64,000 nt of DNA from Eledone cirrhosa (GCA_964016885.1 OZ024747.1:77252001-77316000), one strand, 5' to 3'; positions 1-12,382 are shown, numbered from the stretch's first letter. Program-made: numbers and translations. The notes: generated by a model from the letters alone, not told the origin.

Positions 1-233
1 TGATGATATATAAAATAGAAAAAAGAGGAAGTTTCGTTTATATATGAAAAATATTTATTGCGTATCGACCTGTTACGCATGTTTTGCAGAGGATTGACAC
101 ACACCATGTCGAGACGTAATAAATATATTTTTCTTATGTAAACAAAACTTCCTCGTTTATCTATTATATACACATTGCATGTGCATAGAGTGCTTGATTT
201 GGTACCAACACCAGTATTTCACAGTACTACCTA

Positions 234-283
<50 letters not shown>

Positions 284-363
284 ATAATAATAAATGTGAA
301 GACTAAAATCGAAAGAGGGCTCGATAAGGATAAATATATATCAAATATATAACCCTAGAGCAA

Positions 364-469
364 ATATTTATTAAAATAACAGATTAAAGTTTAAGCAAAG
401 AATCACTGCTTTCACCCGTTAAGGGTGAAAGCAGTAATTCTTTGCTTAAACTTTAATCTGCTATTTTAA

Positions 470-476
<7 letters not shown>
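364..476. repeat. Fold-back palindrome of a Helitron-family internal segment
   Basis: ~54-bp near-perfect arms around a ~5-nt centre. The same sequence occurs unfolded at ~14378, ~46706 and ~52960. Confidence 0.85.
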
Positions 477-505
<29 letters not shown>

Positions 506-581
506 CACACACACACACACACACATAAATACATGGGCTTTTATTCTGATGTCAGTCAGTGATCTCTTAAATTATACATAC

Positions 582-665
582 TGCTGGTGATATTTCAGAG
601 ATATATACACATTCCGCCACTGAAGATACTGATATGGCAAATCCTAGGATCAAACGACCAATGAC
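582..665 (-). CDS. SLC2A10/12-like transporter coding exon 5
   Basis: Polypyrimidine tract plus AG, GTATGT donor, 84 nt. VIGRLILGFAISVSSVAECVYISEISPA matches the sugar transporter GR...YISE.SP signature. The gene continues left of the window. Confidence 0.93.
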
Positions 666-691
666 CTGTATGGAGAGAGGAAGAAACATTA

Positions 692-1142
692 ATGGTGATG
701 GTGGTGGTAATGGTGGTGATGGTGATGATCATGGAGGTGATGGTGATGATGATGATGGTGGTGGTGATGATGGTGGTGATGGTGGTGGTGGTGGTGATAG
801 TGATGGTGGTGGTGGTGATGATGGTGGTGATGATGGTGGTGATGGTGGTGGTGGTGGTGGTGATGATCATGGTGGTGATAATCATGGTGGTGGTGGTGGT
901 GGTGGTGGTGATGGTGGTGATGGTGATGATGGTGGTAGTGGTGGTGATGGTAATGGTGGTGATGATCATGGAGGTGATGGTGATGATCATGGTGATGATG
1001 ATGGTTGAGTGATGGTGCTGATGATCATGGTGGTGATGATGATGGTGATGATGATGGTGATGATGGTGATGATGAGTGTGATGGTGATGATGGTGGTGGT
1101 GGTGATGATGGTGGTGATGATGATGGTGGTGATGACGGTGGT
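692..1142. repeat. Intronic compound (GGT)n/(GAT)n trinucleotide microsatellite
   Basis: Seen directly; lies between exons 4 and 5. Confidence 0.95.
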
Positions 1143-1312
1143 AAAATAATGAAATAATTAATAATCTTAGTAAATCCCTCAAAATTCTTCATTAATTAAT
1201 TACAATAAAGTGTATTTCATTAGAAATGCGATTATGGAGGAGTTAAAAAAACAAAGAAATTATTTTAAAAAAATGAAAATACAAACAAAAATACCAAAAT
1301 ATAAAATCTTAC

Positions 1313-1419
1313 CAAAATCGAAAATGATTGAGCAAAAGCAATTGTTAAAGATCCAAGGATGAATATGAAACCATTTAAAACAATTGTGATCCACCTTCCT
1401 AACAAATCTACCAGGAAAC
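1313..1419 (-). CDS. SLC2A10/12-like transporter coding exon 4
   Basis: AG/GTAAG boundaries, 107 nt. GFLVDLLGRWITIVLNGFIFILGSLTIAFAQSFSIL contains the MFS D-x-x-GR loop motif. Confidence 0.93.
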
Positions 1420-1570
1420 CTGAAATAACAATGTCAAGCAATATTAGCAGAAAAAGGAGAATTTAAAGTAAATCAGTTATTATGTTACACATACAGACAC
1501 AATAACCAACAAATGAAAATGAATTTATAACATAGATCTTCAAATTTTAATACATAAGATGTCATATTAC

Positions 1571-1687
1571 CTGATACTAAGGCACCAATAGTTGCCCCTA
1601 GCAACAAGAAACTAACCACAATAGATTGCTGGTCACATGACAACTGGAAATCAGTTCTTAACTGCAGTAATGCTCCAGATATTACTC
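1571..1687 (-). CDS. SLC2A10/12-like transporter coding exon 3
   Basis: ttcAG acceptor, GTAATA donor, 117 nt. GVISGALLQLRTDFQLSCDQQSIVVSFLLLGATIGALVSG closely follows the GLUT10/12 pattern (IISGALLQ...LSC..QE.VVS) with the short class III loop 1. Confidence 0.93.
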
Positions 1688-2829
1688 CTGAAATATTAAA
1701 ACAATTTTATAAAACATAAAACATGAATACATATAAATTTTGAAATATATATTTGGGAAATTTCATGCAATGTTTTAAACATGTACATAACCCAATTCCC
1801 ACCCCCTTACATCAATAAGTGCCACAACAGAGGTAGACCAAAGAAAACCTGGGAGTAGGTGGTGAGAGCTGATCTCAAATTGCTAAGACACATTTAAAAA
1901 TCAAAACAAATTCCCCAAGGCAGGGATACCTCTGAGGGTCACTCATGGAGAAACCCCACAAAAAGTCACAATAACCTTGACTGTTATGACAGGTGTCCTC
2001 TCTCAGATGTTGTCCTCCAATTTACAGGTGCATATTCAGAGCAAGCCCATTCACTCGGACCATGCTCACCTCTTTCACCCACATTTCAACAAATTGGTTA
2101 GCATTTCCCTCTCCACCTTGATTTTTCTCTTCAGGTGAAACCAGAAAAAGTTAATTAGGGCTTCACCATAACTCTATGCCACAGAGCATGTTGTCCAATA
2201 CTCTAACAATAGGTTGTCTGCCCTGTAAAGTGGTAGTGCTGATGCCACAAAAAATGCTCCCAGTACATGCTGAAATGTAGTTGGTGTTAGGAAAGACATC
2301 CAGCTGTCAGGTTTATTTAGAATTAAATTAAGTATGATGCAAGAGTGCTGACTGTTTGAATGGCAGTAGATTTTTAGTGCTTGGGACAAATCTTTCAAAT
2401 CTCAGGATAATTCTGATAAAATAATCAAGTTTAGGGGAAAGACTTTGTATAAAAGGAGTCCATTGTAGTGTTCAAAACAGCAGATGGCATTTGTAGAGAC
2501 ATGTAATTTATATAGAAGATTACAGCTGTATCAAGAAGTGAGACATCTCTGTAGATGGGACTCATGGAGAAATTAAACCTAGGAAGATATGAGATTAAGT
2601 ACTAAAAACTGATGTTAGGACGTTAAACCTCACAGAGATCACAAAGAACTATGTGGATTGGTGACATGTAGTACAGAGGAAGACACAGCTACTAATTGGC
2701 AGAAAGCATGCCCTTAATAACCCTCCCTGCTCAAAACACAGAGGAATTTCAATGGAATCAAATTCCTGACACTAGGAGACATCAAAGGTGACACAAAGAC
2801 ACTAAGTAAAAAATGTTTCAAACGCTTAC

Positions 2830-2994
2830 CTATATCATACCCAAATAATATACCCCCTAATGCTGCTGAACTAGCAGTCAAAAATAACAACAGTTTTCTC
2901 CAGAATGCTGAAGATACATCCACATTGTAGTTTGGTATCACAGAATTTTCTTGAATTTCAAATTCTTCATTTGTTCTTGGTGCTGAAATTCCAT
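2830..2994 (-). CDS. SLC2A10/12-like transporter coding exon 2 (TM1)
   Basis: AG acceptor, GTAAGC donor, 165 nt. Encodes ...LLLFLTASSAALGGILFGYDIG, the sugar-porter GGxLFGYD motif. Confidence 0.92.
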
Positions 2995-3116
2995 CTGTTT
3001 AAATTAGAAGCAAAGAGAAATAAATACATGCATAAATTTACATATTTCATTAATTAAAACAAATGTATATACATATGTATGTAAATACATATATGTATGT
3101 ATATACATACATATAT

Positions 3117-3613
3117 GGAGTAAAGGACCCCTAGCCTTTGTCAGGGCATTCTTCTAGGAGAAGGCAATTCAGGAAACTGGGATAACTCCGACATAAAACT
3201 TGCGGCTCAGTAGTCACCGATGATGTTGATCTTTCCTTCTTTTGGGGTTATAGTTACTGTCGCTCAGAGAGTGGGATTGGCTTAGTGCACAGTCTTTCTT
3301 CACTTTAAAAAAATCTTTGCACACAGGCATTGCACAATGGAATTAATTAATTGTTTCTACTTTAGGCACAAGGCTAGCAATTACCCAGTGCATTACTGGT
3401 ACTTTATTTTGTCAACCCCGTAAGGATGAAAGGCAAAGTCAACCTCGGCGGGATTTGAACTCAGATCGTAAACAGACGTAACTATGCTGGAAAGCATGGC
3501 GTCCGGCCCTCTACCGATACTGCCAATCCACCACCCTAATGGAATTAATTAATAATTACTAATAATGGTATATCGTGCAATGGCCATACTCGATAAGGAG
3601 GGGGCAGTCATCA
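3117..3613 (+). mobile_element. Short non-autonomous element (RTE-UTR-like), interrupted by a SINE
   Basis: Shares both ends with the internally deleted copy at ~61105-61325. Confidence 0.6.
3352..3537 (-). mobile_element. tRNA-derived SINE with Nin-type core and 16-bp TSD
   Basis: A box TGGCAGTATCGG, B box GAGTTCAAATCC, core GCCTTTCATCCTTACGGGGT(C/T)GA. TSD AATGGAATTAATTAAT at 3336-3351 and 3538-3553. Confidence 0.85.
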
Positions 3614-3684
3614 TGTATATACATATGTATATATATATATATATATATAATATAAAATCAAAAGATGGTTAAAAGAGTTCCATG

Positions 3685-3755
3685 TATTTTATTATGCGCA
3701 TTTCAAAAATAAATATCATCATGGGATGATATTTGCGTTCTCATCAGATAAAATA
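3685..3755 (-). ncRNA. Minimal type I hammerhead ribozyme (Penelope-type)
   Basis: Minus strand reads TATTTTAT-CTGATGA-[stem II with 10-bp AAATATCATC/GATGATATTT]-GAA-ATGCGCAT-A-ATAAAATA: 8-bp stem I, intact core, palindromic stem III, AUA cleavage triplet. Confidence 0.8.
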
Positions 3756-4640
3756 GGGAGACATATGAAGCTTAAAAAACACTTGCGAGCAGTGAAGTGT
3801 TAAATCAACATATGAAAAATAAAATAAGATGGATATATGAGATTGGGAAAAAAGGAAAGGAAGGGGGAAAGGAAAAGGTAAGGAAGAGGAAGAAAGAATA
3901 TAGATAGAAGAAAAAAATATAATAAGGAAAGGATGACGGAGGAGGAGTATAAGAAGGAAGGATGAGAGAGGAGGAGAAAATGAGTGAGAGAGAGAGAGAT
4001 ATATATATAACCTTTAATACTGAGAAACACTGTCTCACAGAAAAATAAAAAAAAACCGTTGTAAGATAATACATAATTTAAAATTTAAGAAATTAAAAGT
4101 TAATGAGGTTTATGAATGGTGATGTTTATGATTAAAGAAAAAGGAATTAAGAATACTAAGAAGAAATAAGATTAACGTGGAAGAATAATATTTAGAATGT
4201 ATGGTTCATTACGTTGTGAAATATAAATATTATAATCACAACGTAATGAACCATACATTCTAAATATTATTCTTCCACGTTAATCTTATTTCTTCTTTCA
4301 CTTAGATATATTTACGCTCTATATTCTTCCATTAATATTTATTTCTTCGTTCACTCTTGACTATCTTCACTATCACTATATATAATCGTTTTTTCTTTCC
4401 TCTTCTCTCTTTCTCCTTCCTTTTCCTTTTCTTTTCTCTCTCCCTTACATATCCACTTCTTCCAAGTTTAATTTTTAAAAAACCGTTATCTTTTTTGAAC
4501 TTTTCGGACACTCATCTGCATACTCACTCATAACTTTGTATTACCCTCAATAAAATATTATCTCCATTATCCAGGAAGTTCCAACCGTTAAGGTTGTCTT
4601 TTTTCCGGGTATGTCAATATTTATTTATAAAACAAATCTG

Positions 4641-4706
4641 TATTTTATCTGATGAAAGCGCACCATAATTTGCCTTGGTTGCCCTTGAAATATATATAAT
4701 AGAATA
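4641..4706 (+). ncRNA. Minimal type I hammerhead ribozyme (Penelope-type)
   Basis: TATTTTAT-CTGATGA-AAGCGCACC..GGTTGCCCTT-GAA-ATATATAT-A-ATAGAATA: intact core, palindromic stem III, imperfect stem II. Confidence 0.75.
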
Positions 4707-5054
4707 AATATGATTTTATAAATATAGTTTCCATTTATTAATATATTGTATATATATATATATATATATATTATAGTTAAAACAGAAAACCAAAACAAAG
4801 CAAAGAGTGCATGAACAAAGTATCAGTATTAGGTTCATACTTGACAGTGGGGGACATATATATCATCATCATCATCATTTTACGTCCGCTTTTCCCTGCT
4901 TGGTGGGATTCTGGCTTGATTTCTACAGCTGGATGCCCTTCCTAACACCAACCTCATTTACAGTGAGTACTGGATGCTTTTTTTGCCGTGGCACCTCCAC
5001 GACCACCTTGCAGTGGAATGATATGGACCCCAGTCCCTATCATCTTATTTCTAC

Positions 5055-5178
5055 AGCTGAGTAAACTGGAGCAATGTGAAATAAAGTGACTTGCTCAAGG
5101 AAACAACACATCACTCGGTCTGAGAATTGAACTCACAACCTTTCGATTGCAAGGCCAATGCTCTAACCACTAAGCCAT
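5055..5178 (-). mobile_element. tRNA-derived CORE-like SINE 5' part
   Basis: TGGCTTAGTGGTTAG A box, GAGTTCAATTC B box, CCTTGAGCAAGTCACTT core. Related copies at ~21060-21190 and ~18450-18545. Confidence 0.7.
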
Positions 5179-5441
5179 ATATATATATATGACTGAAGAG
5201 GTCACAGAATGTGTGACAAAAGAACTTTGACAATATATGAACAATCGTCTGGTTGTGGAACCAACCAACCAATCGGGAATTTATAAATTCTTAAATTTAT
5301 AAATTTAATTTATAATAAATTGAAGTGAAAGCAACTGGTGCGTGTGTTTCTTATTGGCAACATGACCCTCCCAAAGCATAACAATATCGGTTTCAACACA
5401 CGTTTTCAGATAAAGAATCTTGCTAAACAAATTCAGAAACG

Positions 5442-5512
<71 letters not shown>

Positions 5513-5869
5513 TAAAAAGCCCAGCAGATGGCACAAATAAATTGCTACAGCTATCACTGGTGGGGCTCAAGGAAATTGCCTCCTATTAAATCTGGCCCTG
5601 CCAGATGATGTCAGATTTTAAAACAAAAGAAAATCATTAATGTGTTACCCAGAAGATGTGAGACTGTGGTTAGGATTCCTCCTCACAATCGTAAGGTCGT
5701 GAGTTTCCCAACTGTGTTATGTCCTTTATTTCAGGCTATCATAGAAAATTACTCACTTCCAATACAATGTATTTATGTATGTATATTTATATATATATAT
5801 ATATATATGTATGTATCTTTATATGTATGTATGTGCTCGCGTATCTATGTATGTGTGTATATATGTATG

Positions 5870-6462
5870 TATAAAAAAGTGCAGGGCGATCAAAATTGAT
5901 GGTAGTTACGAAGTAGGTAAACCCAGAAAAATCTGGGACGATCTAATAAATTCCGACCTTACACACTTGCACCTCTCTAAGACAACGTCACTGGACCGAG
6001 ATCTTTGGCGCTACGCAGTAATACAGAAGACCCGCCTTGCCTATGTACAAAGCGAAACATACAGTCAGTAGGCACCTCTTAACCAAATATACACCACAAT
6101 CCACTACCCCTACCCTATCCTCCCACTCCCACCAACACCACCCTCTCTCTGTAAAGTTGGTACCACAACATCCAGTCCAAATAAATGAGATAATGAGATC
6201 GAGATTGTGTAGGTGTCACGACAAAAAACACACAGTCCACGCTGTAATGTGGTCGTGTAGGTAACAGGGTAAAAAGTTCCCAGTTCCACACTGTAAATGT
6301 GGTTGGTGTTAGGAAGGGCATCCAGCTGTAGAAAACCTGCCAGATAGTCCTATATGAGCGAGACACAGTCACCCGACCAACCTTGACTCAAATTGGGACA
6401 ACTCCCGTCTAACCCATGCTAGCGTGGAAAATGGACGTTAAACGATGATGATGATGATGATG
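5870..6462 (+). mobile_element. RTE-related composite 3' fragment with (GAT)n tail
   Basis: GKPRKIWDD coding remnant, long UTR, terminus GGAAAATGGACGTTAAACGATGATGAT resembling the RTE end at ~10790. Second copy at 16430-17068. Confidence 0.75.
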
Positions 6463-6910
6463 TATGTGTATATATGTATGCGTATAATAATGCTTTCTTT
6501 ATTAACTACAAGAGTTGACACAAAGTATAACATTAAAGACAATACAGGACAGTACAAATGGGCATTTCTCAGTGTAAAAAACAAAAACAGAGGATGTGAC
6601 AAACAAAAAAAAGAAACAATGAGTAATTCCAATAGGAGGGAGACAGCTCACAAAAAAGCCACGGTCACCCTGACCGCTAGGGCAAGGGCCCTCTTCCAGT
6701 TTTCCTCCTACGATGCTACAGGCACACGCTCAGAGTAGGCCCATTCACACGGGTCATTCTTGCCTCTCTCACCAATATTAATGATAATAATGATAACAAC
6801 TCATCAAAGGTGCGTGTATAGTACATAGAATATGTATGTATGTATGTATGTATGTGTGTATGTACGTGTGTAAACTTTGTTATAACAACACTGGTAGTAT
6901 ATTTATTTAC

Positions 6911-7013
6911 CTTGTGATATAGGTAGATCCTGTGCTTGGGTAAATGACTTATCAAGAGATACAACATTTTCACTTAGTTGTTCACGTTCAGTATCATTTC
7001 CGTGTCCATCCAT
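6911..7013 (-). CDS. SLC2A10/12-like sugar transporter, putative first coding exon
   Basis: ATG at 7013 reads MDGHGNDTEREQLSENVVSLDKSFTQAQDLPISQ, then a phase-1 GTAAAT donor that matches the phase of the next exon. A possible acceptor AG lies at 7033-7032. The N-terminus is not conserved, so support is splice phase only. Confidence 0.65.
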
Positions 7014-7043
7014 CTTGTCACCTTTTTACACCTATTTCTATTA

Positions 7044-7210
7044 CAGGTAAAATTCTGTTATAACGAATAACATTATAATGAATTTTTCAGTTTAACGAAT
7101 TTTTTTCTATCCCCGAGTTAATAACAAACACTCGATTTGTTTTGGTCGATCTCGTTATAAAGAATTTTTCTTTACAACGAATTTATTTAACCCCGTGAAT
7201 TTCGTACAAA
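7044..7210. mobile_element. Degenerate pogo/Tigger-like MITE remnant
   Basis: TA|CAGGTAAAATTCTGTTATAACGAA start and repeated TTATAACGAA motifs. Confidence 0.4.
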
Positions 7211-9027
7211 TTTTCATTCGTTAGGATTCTTTAAATTAATATATTTCAACATTTGCAAATTATGAATAATTTCTCTCTTAACGATCGTCTTATTTACACC
7301 ACGGCGAAGTAATACTGGTATATATAGCTACATTATTTTATCAACATATCCATGTCTCTTATAGTCTTGTCACTTTTTTGTAAGTGGAGTTTGTTATTTT
7401 GCAGGGATCCAGCGAGATCAGTTGGAGGTGGTTGCTTCTGACAGGACCCGCTAGAAGGAGTGTTTGAGGACTCTGCCCTCTCACGACCGTCTCAGAAATA
7501 TATACCCGGCTCTCGTAAAACAATAGACTAAATATATACTTCCTTTCCTTTTTTTCTTTTTTAACACGGAAATCAAATTTCGTCAGAGTTAACTTCACAT
7601 GTTTTAATTACTCATTCAACAAAATACATTTGGAGGACGATAAGATAGGTGATGCAGAACTGGAATAAAATGCCTTCCGTATTCAAGGTAACCAATATAT
7701 TTTCTTTGATCGAATCATGTCGAAGTTAGCTTTACTCTTTTTCATACCCCACCCAGGGACAACGACAGACCATTCAACTATTACAACACACGTTCCACTA
7801 TATATATGAAGTCTTTATGTTAAATAATTATTAGAAAGGTTTCCCAGTGCTCCTTGCGATATTGTTATCTTTTGCTCAGGTAGCGGCTCGGCTGGCCACC
7901 CCTTTCACCTGCCTTTTGTTGTATGTGGTGCCAGATGTGTGTTTTATTCTTTCTTTTCCTCTTCCTTTTTTTTGTCTTCCCTCTTCCTTTTTTTTGTCTT
8001 CCCTCTCCCTTTTATTTATATTATATTTGTTTGTACTTTCGTTTTTTATACAACTATAAATAAAAAAGTAAGTTATGTACTATAAAAAAAAAGCCAAAAA
8101 GTTGTTACAGGTGGAATATTACATATATAACTCAATAAAAAGCCGCCCATTTGAACAACGGTAAAAAGTAGTCATGAAAATTGTAAATAAGACACAAAAG
8201 AAAACTTGCAGGGTTAAGCCAACTATAATTCAATGAGGTTATAATGTTGTAGTTGTAGTCACTTTACATACTTGCTCAACTGACACAATTTTTGAAGTTT
8301 TAATAAACGTGTCACATATGTTTTAAGACGTGTGTATGAATGTGTGTCTTTGTATGTGTGTCTTTGTATGTATGTGTATGTATGAGTGTGTCTGTACACA
8401 GGCGATTAATAAAGTCGATATTGTAAACAAGTTTTTCAACTTAGCTTGTGTGTATAGCATGCGAGTGTGTATGTGTGACATACATACATGTGTGTGAATA
8501 TGGATTAACGTGTGAGTGTGTTCAAATATGAAAGAGTATAGTGTGTTTCAGACATACCGACCTCTAAATATCCAAACGGGGAGTACCATGAAAAAACGTG
8601 CCCCAAAAGAGGGAGACATGAGGAAAAATTTGGAAATTTTACATAATGAAAGCTATACCCATTTTCACAAGAGAAGACATCTCTCATCCACCCCAAAGGG
8701 GGTGGGAGATCTCCCCGTTGGGCGTGTAGAGTTGACAGGTTTGTTGTTGAGTGTGTCTACCTTCTCTACTAATATATTGGGTTCCTTATTTAAGTGAAGT
8801 TTCTTCTGTTTCTCTTTAAAACCCCATTCTGCGTTATATATACACACACATATATATATACATACACACACATATATACATACACACACACATATATATA
8901 CATACACATATATACACATACACATATATATACATACACATATATACATACACACATACACACATATATACATACACATATATACATACACACACACACA
9001 CATACATACATACACACACACATACAT

Positions 9028-9060
<33 letters not shown>

Positions 9061-9061
9061 A

Positions 9062-10804
9062 TGGGAGAGAGAGAAATTACCCTTAGTAGATCCGACAGAG
9101 GGACCAGCTATTGAGATTGACGAATATAGGGCCCAAGAGGCGATTAGGGAAATGAAAAATGGTAAGGCTGCTGGACCATCGGGAATAGTTGCTGAGATGC
9201 TGAAGGCATCAGGGGACGTAGGCACTAAACTGGTTGCACGCATCATCAATCAGGCTATATATGGTGGTGTCATACCCAAAGACTGGTGCAGCAGTATCTC
9301 ATAAATTGCTACAAAGATAAAGGGGATGCTCTGGAGAGGAGCAATTATAGGGGTATAAAACTGATGGATCAGGTTATGAAAGTGGCAGAAAGGATTTTAG
9401 CACAACTGATTAGAGAAAGGGTCAAACTAGATGAGATGCAGTTTGGTTTTGTGCCTGGGAAGAGTACAACAGATGCCCTCTTCTTGGTGAGACAATTGCA
9501 AGAGAGGTTCTTAGAGAAAAATAAGCCACTATACTTAGCCTTTGTTGACCTAGAGAAGGCCTTTGATAGGGTACCCCGATCTGTCATCTGGTGGTCCCTA
9601 AGGAAGCTAGGTGTTGAGGAATGGCTTGTGAGGACAGTGCAAATTTTGTACAGAGGTACTCTCAGTAAAGTCAGGGTAGGAATGGAGTTTAGTGAGGAAT
9701 TCCAGATACAAGTAGGAGTACATCAAGGTTCGGTCCTCAGCCCGCTCTTGTTCATTATAGTCCTCCAAGCCATAACAGAGGAGTTTAAGACTGGCTGTCC
9801 ATGAGAACTTCTCTATGCTGACGATCTGGTTCTTATAGCAAAATCAGTAGAGGAGCTAGAGAATAAATTCTGGCTATGGAAACAGCAATTGGAAGCAAGA
9901 GGACTGAGAGTGAACCTAGCTAAGACAAAAGTGTTGATGAGTAGAAAAGAGGACAAAACCCTGATTCCGTCAGGGAAATGGCCATGTTCGATATGCAGAA
10001 AAGGAACTGGCATAAATTCTATAAAATGCACACAATGCAGATCCTGAGTACACAAGAGATGTAGCGGGATAGCAGGCAAACTAACAGGTAGGGAGAAATA
10101 TGTATGCAGTAGATGTACAGGGAAATTAGTCAGTAGAAGTCGCATTGATAGACACATTTTTCAGATGCAGGAGGGCGCTATAGAAGTGGTGGATAGCTTC
10201 CGGTACCTAGGAGATCAGATTAGCATGGGAGGAGGGTGTTCTAAGGCCATAGTATCTAGAATAAGGACGGGTTGGAAGAAGTTTAGGGAGCTGCTTCCTC
10301 TGTTGACGAAGAAGGGTTTCTCCCTGCGTACGAAAGGCCGGTTGTATGATGTCTGTGTGAGGAGCGCGATGCTGCATGGTAGTGAGACATGGGCAGCAAC
10401 TGCAGAGGATATGCGACGGCTGGAGAGAAATGAGGCAAGCATGCTCCGTTGGATGTGCAGTGTAAATGTGCGTGAACGACCCAGCATAAATGTGTTGAGA
10501 GAGAAACTGTGTCCGAGGGGGATAGAATGTAGTGTACAGGAGAGGGGACTGAGGTGGTGTGGACATGTGATGCGCATGGAGGATGACCGATGGGTGAAGA
10601 AGTGCCAGGAAATGCCAGTTGAAGGAAGACGTGGTAGAGGTAGACCACGAAAAACATGGGCGGAGGTGGTCAGAACAGACCTCAGATCATTGAAGCTCAC
10701 GGTGGAGATGACGAAGGACCGTGACGAGTGGAGAGATGCTATGCTGAATAAGACCCGTCCCACCCTTGCAAGCAGGGAAAAGCGGACGTAAAATGATGAT
10801 GATG

Positions 10805-10806
<2 letters not shown>
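9062..10806 (+). mobile_element. 5'-truncated RTE-clade LINE (RT pseudogene)
   Basis: NYRGIKL, QFGF.PGKST, AFVDLEKAFD, GVHQGSVLSP, LLYADDL, FRYLG, RGRGRPRKTW motifs. In-frame TGA at 9802 and 10045; (GAT)n tail. Confidence 0.93.
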
Positions 10807-10835
<29 letters not shown>

Positions 10836-10870
10836 TGTATGTATGTATGTATGTATGTATGTATGTATGT

Positions 10871-10913
<43 letters not shown>

Positions 10914-11269
10914 TAAAGTAGAAGTATGATACCACAAACTGATAGGGGAGTATAGCAAGATATAATTACCTGCCACATATACTTCAATATAACTTAACTA
11001 TTGCAATTATCGCTCTTAAATGTCTCTATATTTGATATTAATTAAATATGTAATGGTTTACAGGTAAAATTCGATTGATCTACATAATCAAGACGTAACT
11101 ACGTTTGTTAATTTACCCTTATATAAAATAACTTAATTAATTTCATAGATGATGAGGTGATTATATTAATTTTAATTTTAAAATATATATGTATATATAT
11201 TTATATATGTATATATATTTATATATGTATATATATTTATATATGTATATATGTATTGTTTGAGTCCAG

Positions 11270-11545
11270 GTAGAGCCACTACTTCTCCGAATTGAGAGAT
11301 CACAACCCCGATACTATGAACATGTGGTTAGAATGTCTCAGGAAAGAATCGCTGGACAGATGTTATGGGCGAAATCAACAGGTAGGAGACTCCGAGCAAT
11401 ATGGTTGGATAACATCCATGAGCTTGGCTGGTCACGCTTGGGGATCCAGCCAGATCAGTTGGAGACAGTTGCTTCTGACAGGTCCCGCTGTTTGAGGAAT
11501 CTTACCCCACGACCCTCTCAGGAATAAGTGAGTGAAGAAAAGAAA
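11270..11545 (+). mobile_element. RTE (Expander/Rex3-like) 3' fragment
   Basis: WLDNIHELGWSRLGIQPDQLETVASDR...PRPSQE*. Related fragment at ~7400-7500. Confidence 0.6.
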
Positions 11546-11862
11546 CATTCCTAATTGTCTTCTCTTGACTTGTTATCTCCCTTTGAAGAATAAGATAGTT
11601 AATTTTTTTTATTTCACATTTCCTCTGATTACTTCGATATGCAATTTAAATTTGATATTAGATGCTGGGGTTTTTTAAATACATTAATTCTTCATTTGCA
11701 TGAGATAAAGTTTATCTTTGTATGATATCCTTATGGACGTTTGTTGCCTTCTGACGATTCCTCTATATGAAGCATTATGTAAAGAATAAACAATATTGAT
11801 AAGTGTGTTTTGATTCGCCCTCACTAGTTTCTGTTTATATATATATATATATATATATATAA

Positions 11863-12152
11863 GGCATACGTCAAAACGGCCGGTCTCAAAAGTGAAACTA
11901 ATTTTTGACAGTTACGTACACGTTATAAGAGTTATTTAAATTTATATATATAAAATAAAGGAGCAAATAAGAGCATGATATGAAGTCAGTCATGTGTGTG
12001 TAAACGAATGTAAAAGAATATATGTAGGGCATAGATAAGGTTTCCTAGAATTTTACACACACATATACACACACACACACACACGTGTATATATTATAGT
12101 GTGTATGTGTGCATATATAAGTGTATATGTGTGTGTACTTTTACATTCGTTT

Positions 12153-12185
<33 letters not shown>

Positions 12186-12323
12186 CACACACACATGACT
12201 GACTTCATATCATGCTCTTATTTGCTCCTTTATTTTATATATATAAATTTAAATAACTCTTAACGTGTACGTAACTGTCAAAAATTAGTTTCACTTTTGA
12301 GACCGGCCATTTTGACGTATGCC
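11863..12323. repeat. Long inverted repeat (~155-bp arms) interrupted by a microsatellite
   Basis: 11863-12016 is the reverse complement of 12138-12323 apart from a (CA)n/(TA)n expansion. Confidence 0.9.
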
Positions 12324-12382
12324 GAAAAGGTAAAGGAAAGAAGAGTGGTCTATGTGTAGTACAGAGCTATTTAAGTAAATAT

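Larger units (their letters stand above)
3655..4750. mobile_element. Inverted (head-to-head) Penelope-like pseudo-LTR pair
   Basis: Central perfect 62-bp palindrome (4158-4219/4236-4297), mirror-image purine/pyrimidine tracts, an outward-facing hammerhead in each arm, (TA)n flanks. Confidence 0.65.

Noticed and set aside
595-1182. Poly-His/Thr and Gly/Asp-rich ORFs
   Set aside because: Translations of an intronic trinucleotide microsatellite. The real exon at 582-665 is in a different frame.
5055-5178. tRNA gene
   Set aside because: A/B boxes run into a SINE core; no acceptor stem or terminator.
5192-5225. Hammerhead (CTGAAGA-GGTCAC..GTGAC)
   Set aside because: GAAA, stem III and stem I are missing; at most a decayed relic.
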